Shown here piece after piece: positions 9,243-17,488 of a stretch of DNA of 64,000 bases (its first letter is position 1; each line of letters starts with the position of its first letter). The stretch lies in sequence record MN047793.1; one strand, written 5' to 3'. The position numbers and the translations under genes were made by a program. The notes beneath the pieces were generated by a model. That model searched no databases. It was not told the origin of the DNA and was given only the letters and a program-made list of their open reading frames with translations.

Positions 9243-9408
9243 TGTTAAATTTCCGTTATTGTTAAAATAGCGTTAGGAAATTGTTAACAAATCGTTAAAT
9301 GTTAAAATATCGTTAAGAAAAGGTTATGATTTCGTTAACTTAACACTTTCTTAACATCTCAGCCCATATGTTAAAATTTCGTTAGAGGACCAGCCCACAT
9401 GACTTAAC
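9243..9408. repeat. Helically phased GTTA iteron-like array (candidate origin or protein-binding field)
   Basis: GTTA at 9244, 9255, 9261, 9272, 9283, 9294, 9301, 9312, 9323, 9334, 9370 and 9381 (11-bp steps within groups); inverted TTAAC pair at 9340 and 9351. Confidence 0.75.
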
Positions 9409-9544
9409 ATATCCATAAGAGGGTGTCAACAGATTCCCGACAAACGGTCAGTCGTAAGGTACTGATTCCTAAAGGGTTTGTTCCACTGGGAGAAATATAT
9501 GCATTCGTTGGTGAGAACCTATACGAACTAAAATTACACATAAA

Positions 9545-9562
9545 TTCTTTAAGCTTAAAGAA
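9545..9562. repeat. Perfect 18-bp palindrome
   Basis: TTCTTTAAGCTTAAAGAA. Confidence 0.8.
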
Positions 9563-9662
9563 ATAGAAATGATATAGTTCCTATATTGATATGATATCAT
9601 AGTGATATCACAATGATCTTAAAATTATAGAAGTAGGTGTTGCAAGGTTTACGAAATATTTC

Positions 9663-9691
9663 TTGCATTTCCTGTACAAATATCTTATAAT
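9663..9691 (+). promoter_or_regulatory. Sigma70 promoter driving the paralog array
   Basis: TTGCAT-17-TATAAT, 75 nt upstream of the first array ATG. Confidence 0.75.
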
Positions 9692-9765
9692 TACTCTACT
9701 AATTTCCTGTTTCAATACCTTCTCATTCGAACTAATAAGTCCTAACGCAAGCGTTACCCTTTATT

Positions 9766-10131
9766 ATGATCACCTTACCGTCTGGTTTTGCTACTACTAT
9801 TAAGATACTTCCCAAAGAGGATGGCGATTTTTATCATGATTTGTATGTGTTGTGTAACAGTATGGATTACACCTATAGTTATCTTAAGTTTTGTTCCGTG
9901 AGTCGTATTCAGGAATGGCATTGGTGTGAGGGTGATGTGTCTATTAACATGGTTAATGGCAAGCGTGATGACGGAGTTAGCATTTACATCAATGAGCGAT
10001 TGGTTGGTATATTTGCTACTGATAGCAGGATGTATCCGAGGCTGTATCCTATTCATAACCGTCGTGTAGAGGGTGGTGATGTTTATACAGCTATGTTGGC
10101 ATTCATTAAGAAGTGGGAGATTGGGGTATGA
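9766..10131 (+). CDS. Array paralog 1 (subtype A)
   Basis: NSM..Y / QEWHWCEGD / IYINERLV / AFIKKWEIGV. Confidence 0.8.
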   Translation: MITLPSGFATTIKILPKEDGDFYHDLYVLCNSMDYTYSYLKFCSVSRIQEWHWCEGDVSINMVNGKRDDGVSIYINERLVGIFATDSRMYPRLYPIHNRRVEGGDVYTAMLAFIKKWEIGV

Positions 10132-10448
10132 CGCTACCGTCCCCTGTTAATGGCGAAATACAATTCTATGTTGGGTTGTTCTTTCATGAGTTGTATCGGT
10201 TGTTGAACTCCATGGAGCACACCTATCATTATCAGTCTAAGGAATGGATGTGGTGTGAAGGTGATAACTGTATTAACGTAGTGAGCGATAATGGTGAAAT
10301 TATCATTCACATCAATGAGAGAATAGTTGGCAGATATATGATGGGTAGTGGTACTCCTAAGTTATGGTCTCATGATTTGGTTATAGATGATGGAGATGTT
10401 CATACAGCTATGTTGGCATTCATTGATAAGTGGGGAATTGGTGTATGA
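10128..10448 (+). CDS. Array paralog 2 (A)
   Basis: ATGA overlap; EWMWCEGD, IHINERIV, FIDKWGIGV. Confidence 0.8.
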   Translation: MTLPSPVNGEIQFYVGLFFHELYRLLNSMEHTYHYQSKEWMWCEGDNCINVVSDNGEIIIHINERIVGRYMMGSGTPKLWSHDLVIDDGDVHTAMLAFIDKWGIGV

Positions 10449-10819
10449 ATCTGGCTTCGTCTATTAATGGTGACATCAACCATGATGGAGACATCTATCG
10501 TGAGTTAGTAAGATTGTTCAACTCCATGGAGCATAGATATACTCATCAATACATGTTTCAGGAATGGCATTGGAGTGCGGGTGATAACTACATTAACATA
10601 GTGAACGATTTTGGTAAAATTATTATTCACATCAATGAGAGAATAGCTGGTCGATTTACGATTGATACTGTCCGGATTCCTCATGGCATAATTGTAGAGG
10701 ATGGAGACGTTCATATAGTTGGTAGATTTACGATTGATAGTGCTGGTACTCCTAAGTGTAGTCATGACGTTCATATTGCTGTGCTGGAATTTATTGACAA
10801 GTGGGAGATTGGTGTATGA
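10445..10819 (+). CDS. Array paralog 3 (A, with internal duplication)
   Basis: ATGA overlap; GRFTID and DVHI each occur twice. Confidence 0.8.
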   Translation: MNLASSINGDINHDGDIYRELVRLFNSMEHRYTHQYMFQEWHWSAGDNYINIVNDFGKIIIHINERIAGRFTIDTVRIPHGIIVEDGDVHIVGRFTIDSAGTPKCSHDVHIAVLEFIDKWEIGV

Positions 10820-11151
10820 CGACGCTACCTTCGCCTTTTACGGGTGAGATACAATTCTATCTTGAGTTCTATCGAGTGTTGAACTCCATGGAGTACACCT
10901 ATCATTATCCTGCTCAGGAGTGGCAATGGGGTGAGGATGATGTGTCTATTAATGTGGTTAACAATCCAATTAACAATGCCATTGATAATGGGATTAGCAT
11001 TTATATCAATGAAAGGCTAGTTAGTAAATTTATAATGGATAGGCACTGGAGTCCTAAGTCTTTATGGGAAAAAGAACTTCGTGTCGTAGAGGGTGTAAGT
11101 GTTCATACTGTGTTGTTGGAATTCATTGATAAGTGGGGAATTGGTGTATGA
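10816..11151 (+). CDS. Array paralog 4 (A)
   Basis: ATGA overlap; QEWQWGED, IYINERLV, FIDKWGIGV. Confidence 0.8.
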   Translation: MTTLPSPFTGEIQFYLEFYRVLNSMEYTYHYPAQEWQWGEDDVSINVVNNPINNAIDNGISIYINERLVSKFIMDRHWSPKSLWEKELRVVEGVSVHTVLLEFIDKWGIGV

Positions 11152-11498
11152 ACGTGGTAAGTCTTTCTTTTTATATTGATGATTTCATACTTGATGAATG
11201 GTTCAAGATTCTCGCCAATTCTGAATTCACTTATATTTGGCATGGTGAAACAATCTGTTGTACTCAGGAATGGCTACGTTGTGAGGGTGATAGCTCTATT
11301 AATATTGTTAACACCCGTACGGTTACAACGAGTTTTGTTAAAATTTATGTTGATGAAGAATTGGTTGCGGAGTTTGATCATGATGCGGATCATTTCTTCG
11401 TATTAACTACTGATGGTATCTCAAAGACTCCAGTTGCGTTAGATGAGGTTCGTTCTAATGTGTTGTCATTTATTGAGAAGTATGGTGTTGGTGTATGA
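11148..11498 (+). CDS. Array paralog 5 (subtype B)
   Basis: NSEF, TQEWLRCEGDSSINIVN, IYVDEELV, EVRSNVL. Confidence 0.8.
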   Translation: MNVVSLSFYIDDFILDEWFKILANSEFTYIWHGETICCTQEWLRCEGDSSINIVNTRTVTTSFVKIYVDEELVAEFDHDADHFFVLTTDGISKTPVALDEVRSNVLSFIEKYGVGV

Positions 11499-11857
11499 AC
11501 GTTGTACATCTTATTTTTTATAATAACGATATGTTACGTAATGAGTGGTTAGGATTGCTTGGTAATTCTGAATTCATCTATGAGTGTTGTGAAGATGTAT
11601 TGAGTTATACTAGTACTCAGGAATGGCTACGTTGTGAGGGTGATAGCTCTGTTAATATTGTTAACGTTGTTAACCATCGTATTGTTCTTGGGAATACTGT
11701 GAACATTTATATTGATGAAACATTGGTGTGTCAGTTTCATCATTATGCGGGTCGTTTCGAGCTAACTGATGGTACGTCTAATAGGCAAATTGCATCAGAG
11801 GTTGTTCGTTCTAATGTGTTGGAGTTCATTAATAAGTGGAATATTGGTGTATGCTAA
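11495..11857 (+). CDS. Array paralog 6 (B)
   Basis: TQEWLRCEGDSSVNIVN, IYIDETLV, FINKWNIGVC. Confidence 0.8.
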   Translation: MNVVHLIFYNNDMLRNEWLGLLGNSEFIYECCEDVLSYTSTQEWLRCEGDSSVNIVNVVNHRIVLGNTVNIYIDETLVCQFHHYAGRFELTDGTSNRQIASEVVRSNVLEFINKWNIGVC

Positions 11858-12222
11858 CTGTTCCTGTGTATAGTCCTTTGGTTATGGGACGTATCATCTA
11901 TGATGTACCGTTCTATCGTGAGTTGAATCAGTTGCTCAACAGCATGGAGCCATATTATAATTATCATGTATATACGGATATTCACTGTTATGAGTGGTAT
12001 TGGAGTGAAGGTGATATGTCTGTTAACTTGGTTAACCTAGGTAGTGTAGTAAGCGTTTACATCAATGAGAGGCTAGTTAGTCAATTTACTATGGCTGATA
12101 CTTCCAAGAGTAATGGTACAACCAATTCTATGGCGATTTATTGTAATAATGTGTATAAAACAGTTGAACACGTTCATACTGCTGTGCTGGCATTTATTGA
12201 CAAGTGGAATATTGGTGTATGA
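11851..12222 (+). CDS. Array paralog 7 (A)
   Basis: NSME, EWYWSEGD, VYINERLV, FIDKWNIGV. Confidence 0.8.
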   Translation: MLTVPVYSPLVMGRIIYDVPFYRELNQLLNSMEPYYNYHVYTDIHCYEWYWSEGDMSVNLVNLGSVVSVYINERLVSQFTMADTSKSNGTTNSMAIYCNNVYKTVEHVHTAVLAFIDKWNIGV

Positions 12223-12611
12223 GTACTGACGTGTTTGGATATCCTTGCGTGTCTCACTATTATGATAGTGGTAATGTATTATGTGTTGAATGGTTAACGA
12301 TGCTCCCTGATGAGGAATTTGATTACATTATCACTAGACAAGCTGGTGATAATTATAGTGACACTCATACTCAAGAATGGGTTCGATGCGAAGGCGATAG
12401 CTCTATTAATATTGTTAATATCATTACTATAAATGTTGATGGTAGATTTAGTCAGGTGAAAATTTATATTGATGAAACATTGGTTGCTCAGTTTGATCAT
12501 AATGCCGGCTATTTCGGTTATGATGGTACAGGGTTAAATAAAGGTTTGTCGTTAGATGAGGTTCGATCTGAAATTCTGTCATTCATTGAGAGATGGAATA
12601 TTGGTGTATGA
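12219..12611 (+). CDS. Array paralog 8 (B)
   Basis: TQEWVRCEGDSSINIVN, IYIDETLV, FIERWNIGV. Confidence 0.8.
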   Translation: MSTDVFGYPCVSHYYDSGNVLCVEWLTMLPDEEFDYIITRQAGDNYSDTHTQEWVRCEGDSSINIVNIITINVDGRFSQVKIYIDETLVAQFDHNAGYFGYDGTGLNKGLSLDEVRSEILSFIERWNIGV

Positions 12612-12964
12612 ACGCTGAAGAGTCGGTTTTATATGGTACTCGGTTCTATCGCGAACTATATGCAATACTTAACAGTATGGACTATAAGTCGGTATATATT
12701 TCTGTCGATGACGCTGTATGCCAAGAATGGCTTTGGAATGATGATAACAATACAATTAATGTGGTTAATTTTAACCAAGATACTGAACTTCTCTTTTACA
12801 TCAATGAGAGGCTATTTGGTAGCTTTAATGACCCTTCCTATTATGACAGTAACGGTAGTAGGGCGAGAATACATCCTTGGGTTATCAAAGGTCTTTATTC
12901 AGTTAATGGGAAACTACCCGTTGCCATGATGGAATTTATTGATAAATGGGGTATTGGGGTATGA
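12608..12964 (+). CDS. Array paralog 9 (A)
   Basis: NSMDY, QEWLW, FYINERLF, FIDKWGIGV. Confidence 0.8.
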   Translation: MNAEESVLYGTRFYRELYAILNSMDYKSVYISVDDAVCQEWLWNDDNNTINVVNFNQDTELLFYINERLFGSFNDPSYYDSNGSRARIHPWVIKGLYSVNGKLPVAMMEFIDKWGIGV

Positions 12965-13314
12965 GTAGTGCTGTTCCACACTTTAGTGTTAACAGTCCAT
13001 TTACTTCTCGGTTCTTTTATGAACTGTCTAGGTTTTTTAACAGCATGGAGATGGCTTACCGAATTACCTACTATGACGGTACTTTAAACGACCCCTTCGT
13101 TACAGAATGGATATGGTGTCATGGTGATAACTCTATTAATATCGTTCATCCTAACCATGGTACTCATGTTAGCATTTACGTAAATGAAAAACTTGTTGGT
13201 AAATTTAGTCACAATGCTTTATTGTTAAAAGCTACTCATTCTGAAGGCATTCCTGTAGAAGAAGTGCATTCAGAGATGGTAGACTTCATTAAACGCTGGT
13301 GTATTTGGATATGA
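12961..13314 (+). CDS. Array paralog 10 (A)
   Basis: NSME, EWIWCHGDNSINIV, IYVNEKLV, FIKRWCIWI. Confidence 0.8.
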   Translation: MSSAVPHFSVNSPFTSRFFYELSRFFNSMEMAYRITYYDGTLNDPFVTEWIWCHGDNSINIVHPNHGTHVSIYVNEKLVGKFSHNALLLKATHSEGIPVEEVHSEMVDFIKRWCIWI

Positions 13315-13655
13315 ATGATATAAAATTTCGGTTTATTACCAATAGTGAAATGCCGTTCTTTGTACGTCAGCTTAGTAAGCTTTCTTCTGATGTTATATGG
13401 TTGATGAATTCTTCAGTCAGATGGAATGGTGACGATATTTCTGTGTCTATTGAAAAGAGCCGTGACGGTAAGCTTATGATTTATATTAATGAACAGATGG
13501 TGGCTTGTTATATTATCGGTAATTTAGTAGTCCCATCATCCTCTGATCTTTTCTATTATGAATCATTTTTTCAAATGAATGGTACACTTCAGGTACCAGC
13601 AGATAAAATGCTCAGATATTTGAATGAGTTTATGGATAATTGGGGTAGACTTTGA
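13311..13655 (+). CDS. Array paralog 11 (diverged)
   Basis: WNGDDISVSI, IYINEQMV, EFMDNWGRL. Confidence 0.75.
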   Translation: MNDIKFRFITNSEMPFFVRQLSKLSSDVIWLMNSSVRWNGDDISVSIEKSRDGKLMIYINEQMVACYIIGNLVVPSSSDLFYYESFFQMNGTLQVPADKMLRYLNEFMDNWGRL

Positions 13656-13731
13656 ATATCGAAGTCAGGGGCTAGTAAACGGTCTATAATTGTGTTATGC
13701 TACTATCCTAATAGGACATTGGGTGACCATA

Positions 13732-14100
13732 ATGATTGACATCAAAATTGAATTTAAAAATCCTTATTTTATTGCAGATTTGGCTAGATTTAACGTAGAG
13801 CTGACCACGATGCGTGAGGGTAAACCTAACACGTTGCCAGGATTTTGGTCTGTTGGGGACGATTCTGTTGAAATAATTGTGCTCGATGCCAATACTGTAT
13901 GCTTCATGATTAATGAAGAAGTTAAAGCTGTGTACTATATGGAGCCACGCGATATAGATTTACAAACACGACAGCCTATTGGAATGTTAATATCTCGTCA
14001 CCGGTTTATTGAACGCCAAGGCAATGTGTACAAACGTCATCCAGATGACCAGTACATGAATAAAGTACTGGAATTTTTGAACACGTGGAGTCGTGAATGA
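13732..14100 (+). CDS. Array paralog 12 (diverged)
   Basis: WSVGDDSVEI, FMINEEVK, EFLNTW. Confidence 0.7.
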   Translation: MIDIKIEFKNPYFIADLARFNVELTTMREGKPNTLPGFWSVGDDSVEIIVLDANTVCFMINEEVKAVYYMEPRDIDLQTRQPIGMLISRHRFIERQGNVYKRHPDDQYMNKVLEFLNTWSRE

Positions 14101-14468
14101 CATCTGGTCCAACGGTAAAAATATCGGATGATGATTCAAAACGGTTCATGGAAGAACTATTCATGTTTCATTCTAGTGGGCAATTGTATAATTATTGGTC
14201 ACTCGATAATGATTCAGTTCTTATCTGTATTCCGAATAACGTAGATGTTGTGCGGGCCAAAAATGCTGAAATTGAAATACTGGTCAATGAAACATCGATT
14301 GTGAGATTTATAGGAAGTGTGGCGTTTATCCGTGAGTTATTCCGCAATCTTAATTGTAGAATTTATGATAATGTAACATATAAAAGTAATCCAAGTAACA
14401 TGATGATTCACTCGAATGACAATTATATGAAAAAATTATCAGAATTCTTAAAACGTTGGACTCCCTAA
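14097..14468 (+). CDS. Array paralog 13 (diverged)
   Basis: WSLDNDSVLI, ILVNETSI, EFLKRW. Confidence 0.7.
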   Translation: MTSGPTVKISDDDSKRFMEELFMFHSSGQLYNYWSLDNDSVLICIPNNVDVVRAKNAEIEILVNETSIVRFIGSVAFIRELFRNLNCRIYDNVTYKSNPSNMMIHSNDNYMKKLSEFLKRWTP

Positions 14469-14469
14469 G

Positions 14470-14811
14470 ATGTATCCCGATTGTATTCCGATAGAAATCC
14501 AGTTTAAAAATAACGAATTTTTTGATGACCTGTCCTATTTTTTGATGGGCTTCTGGAGTCATGAAAATAATAGTGTAAATATCGAACTTATAGATGATTC
14601 CGTTTACACAGATACCATAATCATCTACATAAATGAAGTAAAGGTATCTACCTATTATGTATATGGTAGAAAACATCCCGGTGAGTTATTTCACCTACCA
14701 ATGACTTTAAGGGTTTATAATGGATTTGCACGACCTAACATAATTCGTGATCCTCACGTTTATTTTCAAAAGATTATTGAGTTTGTAGATAAATGGGGTG
14801 GGGCTATCTAA
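14470..14811 (+). CDS. Array paralog 14 (diverged)
   Basis: WSHENNSVNI, IYINEVKV, EFVDKWGG. Confidence 0.7.
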   Translation: MYPDCIPIEIQFKNNEFFDDLSYFLMGFWSHENNSVNIELIDDSVYTDTIIIYINEVKVSTYYVYGRKHPGELFHLPMTLRVYNGFARPNIIRDPHVYFQKIIEFVDKWGGAI

Positions 14812-15203
14812 TGAAGACATTTAGTATGAATGATATAAATGATATGCTATTTTTTAATGATTTATATTCATTTACAAAAAAGTGCTATGACAGAAACTCT
14901 CCTCGTTCTCCAGTACTTTATAATTATACGAATGGTATACAGGAATGGTCGTGGTGCAATAATTTGCACGCAGTACTCATCAGTGATGATACTACTAAAC
15001 ATCAGGCTAGTATTTATGTTGATGAATTACTTATGGGCGAGTTACAATATACAATTTCTGATAGACGCAACATAGTCGTTGACAACATTCCCCTGATTAA
15101 TACTGACGACTTTTACGATGAAATTTTGAAATTCATTAATAAATGGGATATCATACCACAATCATCTATGGATTTAGAAAATGAATTCCCCCATAAAAAT
15201 TAA
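14811..15203 (+). CDS. Array paralog 15
   Basis: QEWSWC, IYVDELLM, KFINKWDI. Confidence 0.7.
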   Translation: MKTFSMNDINDMLFFNDLYSFTKKCYDRNSPRSPVLYNYTNGIQEWSWCNNLHAVLISDDTTKHQASIYVDELLMGELQYTISDRRNIVVDNIPLINTDDFYDEILKFINKWDIIPQSSMDLENEFPHKN

Positions 15204-15528
15204 TGATAATGATAATGACCTGTTCTATGAACAACTCTATCCGTTGTTAAAAATGATGGAGTATAATTTCGACTCAACTAAATCAAGCGAAGTATTTTCA
15301 TGTTCTAACATTGATGATTCCGTTGTAATTTGTAGGGAATATTTAGCTGGTAAATACTTATTAGATGAGCTATACATTTATATAAATGAACGCCTTGTGG
15401 CGTATTACAGTTTGTATATATGTCCTACTCCATTTTATCTGGGTCCTGTGATAGTCTCGGTAGATCATGATGAATTTATGAATAATATCAATAAATTTGT
15501 GGATACCTGGGGTAGACTTGACACCTAG
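15181..15528 (+). CDS. Array paralog 16
   Basis: MMEY, IYINERLV, KFVDTWGRL. Confidence 0.7.
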   Translation: MNSPIKINDNDNDLFYEQLYPLLKMMEYNFDSTKSSEVFSCSNIDDSVVICREYLAGKYLLDELYIYINERLVAYYSLYICPTPFYLGPVIVSVDHDEFMNNINKFVDTWGRLDT

Positions 15529-15545
15529 ATGGGAAGTGATATAAT
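15518..15545 (+). promoter_or_regulatory. Internal sigma70 promoter (extended -10)
   Basis: TTGACA-16-TATAAT with TG at -15/-14; ATG only 5 nt after the -10 box. Confidence 0.7.
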
Positions 15546-15550
15546 TAGGT

Positions 15551-16111
15551 ATGAACAGGCCATTATATGATAATTTATATCAACAGATTTTATCCAAACT
15601 AAACAGTGACATCAGTAATGAGTTACTTATTGCCTCTGGTGTAATAACCCATACTACACCATACAAAAACTTCATTTTTAACAAACATCCTTACAAAAGT
15701 GTAGTTCCATTTAATAACGTACGGAATATGCACACCAGTGATACACCGTGTTATACCATTAAGACAGAAGACGCAATGGTCATGCAGTTACGGTTGCGCC
15801 GCCTTTATATGTCATTTTGCGTTAAAACTAGACTTGAATCCTATGGATTAAAATATGTTTCTTTCGCCTGCTCTCGGCAACCTAAAATTGTAGAGGCAGT
15901 AACTGATTTAAACATAAGTAATGGTGGTTCACTGGTGTTGATAGTCATCAATGAAAGTACATTTGTATTTCTAATAGATGTTGACATCACAGAATTAAAT
16001 GATGACGTTATTACAGAATCATATATTGATGATGAAGAACTATTTTCAGAATTAAATGAGTTCTTTATTGATTATACTGGATTTAACGTATCTGAAATGT
16101 TAGAGAGTTAA
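15551..16111 (+). CDS. Hypothetical protein, probable distant array member with N-terminal extension
   Basis: IVINESTFV and ELNEFFIDY echo the array motifs. Confidence 0.6.
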   Translation: MNRPLYDNLYQQILSKLNSDISNELLIASGVITHTTPYKNFIFNKHPYKSVVPFNNVRNMHTSDTPCYTIKTEDAMVMQLRLRRLYMSFCVKTRLESYGLKYVSFACSRQPKIVEAVTDLNISNGGSLVLIVINESTFVFLIDVDITELNDDVITESYIDDEELFSELNEFFIDYTGFNVSEMLES

Positions 16112-16112
16112 T

Positions 16113-16505
16113 ATGCCATATAATTTCCCTATCGCATCCAAGAGATTCATCATGACCAATGATGTCATGACTCAACTTCAGGAATATGAAGTTCAGGAAT
16201 TCTTACTTAGGATTGCTAGATTATGTGCCAGTAATCCAGATAATAAATTCAATGATGTTGTCTTCTTCCCCAGAGATAACGCAAAAATATATAGTCCTGA
16301 ATATGATACCACCACATGTTTGGTGCTAATGGATGGATATTTCAAACTGACCTTGAACGAACAGAAGTTTTCTGTGCGTATACCAAATATGTATGCTAAT
16401 ATTTTAGAATTCATAGATTCATATACAATTGTTGAAGGTTACGATGGAGAAATATTCAATCACGTAATGAAATTTATTGAAGACTACTGGATCATCAAAT
16501 CATAA
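16113..16505 (+). CDS. Hypothetical protein, probable distant array member
   Basis: LTLNEQKF and VMKFIEDYW. Confidence 0.6.
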   Translation: MPYNFPIASKRFIMTNDVMTQLQEYEVQEFLLRIARLCASNPDNKFNDVVFFPRDNAKIYSPEYDTTTCLVLMDGYFKLTLNEQKFSVRIPNMYANILEFIDSYTIVEGYDGEIFNHVMKFIEDYWIIKS

Positions 16506-16518
16506 GAAGTGCTAACGC

Positions 16519-17061
16519 ATGCGTTATAAACAATTTAACATGGTACAAGGTTCCGCTTATTCGGAATTAACACCATTACAGCAGGATTATTATGTAATGC
16601 TGGTTCGTATTCGTAAATTACTAGAATATGGACTTGGATATTCCGTTAATTTAAAAACTAGACTGCGAATAAAATCTAAAACTGGTCAAGGTCACGGGTT
16701 AGTTCAGCTATATGAAGTGACATTTTCAAATGGATTTATGATTACCTATGGCACAAACAAATCTGGCTCTTACTATTTTGAATTAGATTTTTCATGCTAC
16801 AAGTTGGTAGTGTCAAAGCTGTTCCATGGAAAGCCAGAGTTGGTTGCTTCTAGAGATTTAATGTTTAGAATCAATCATACTATCTTCTGTAAGGCTCTTG
16901 TTGATAAAACTAATGATATTGATGAGTTAGAGTTAGAATCACTACTTCAGGAGTTCTATGACGACTATATGGGGGAAGATGCGTACGGAGAGCTTATACG
17001 CAATTCCATATTGAATGACAGCCTAACTCCTGCGGAGCTACAGCGTATGACGCCATGGTGA
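16519..17061 (+). CDS. Hypothetical protein, possible distant array member
   Basis: FRINHTIF and LQEFYDDYM. Confidence 0.55.
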   Translation: MRYKQFNMVQGSAYSELTPLQQDYYVMLVRIRKLLEYGLGYSVNLKTRLRIKSKTGQGHGLVQLYEVTFSNGFMITYGTNKSGSYYFELDFSCYKLVVSKLFHGKPELVASRDLMFRINHTIFCKALVDKTNDIDELELESLLQEFYDDYMGEDAYGELIRNSILNDSLTPAELQRMTPW

Positions 17062-17113
17062 GCTTACAGAGCTTCCTATGGCGTTTTACGTACATTGATG
17101 GTATACTGCCAAA

Positions 17114-17407
17114 ATGAATTCATTTAAATTACTTATTAACTTCATTGAACAGTGTAAGTTACATTCAGGAAACGGACGTTACATTGCTACCAATGTCAAT
17201 GACATCGCTTCATTTGCTGATGTGTCTATCCCAATGGAAGTAAAGATTACCGAAAGTGGTATTAGCATTGAAAAGCCAGCAGTATCATATCTCTCTATAA
17301 ATTGGGATAGGATTCCTGAGAAATATAAACGGGAAATCGTAGACATTCTCACTGAAGACGAATTGGACAAGCAATTAGAGCGTGAGTTACGATCATTCTT
17401 TACGTAA
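17114..17407 (+). CDS. Hypothetical protein
   Basis: ORF after extended -10 TGgTATACT (17099-17107). Confidence 0.55.
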   Translation: MNSFKLLINFIEQCKLHSGNGRYIATNVNDIASFADVSIPMEVKITESGISIEKPAVSYLSINWDRIPEKYKREIVDILTEDELDKQLERELRSFFT

Positions 17408-17456
17408 TGCTTCAGCTATACCAAACAATCCCATAAACATCATCGACACACTAAGG

Positions 17457-17488
17457 AATGCTGCATTATTATATGCGGCATTTTTTAA
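17457..17488 (+). terminator. Intrinsic terminator ending the array operon
   Basis: AATGCTGCAT...ATGCGGCATT followed by a T-run. Confidence 0.6.

Noticed and set aside
10102-13314. Junction repeats as a CRISPR array
   Set aside because: The spacers are 290-360-nt intact ORFs, the repeats are degenerate and coding, and no cas genes are in the window
10113-14811. Track starts such as MGDWG, MGNWC, MEYWC and MGWGYL
   Set aside because: These upstream GTG/TTG/ATG extensions are an alternative reading of the junction repeat; the ATG overlapping the previous stop is the better start
9766-15528. Array as a diversity-generating retroelement target set
   Set aside because: No reverse transcriptase and no template/variable repeat pair differing only at adenines; variation includes indels and all bases
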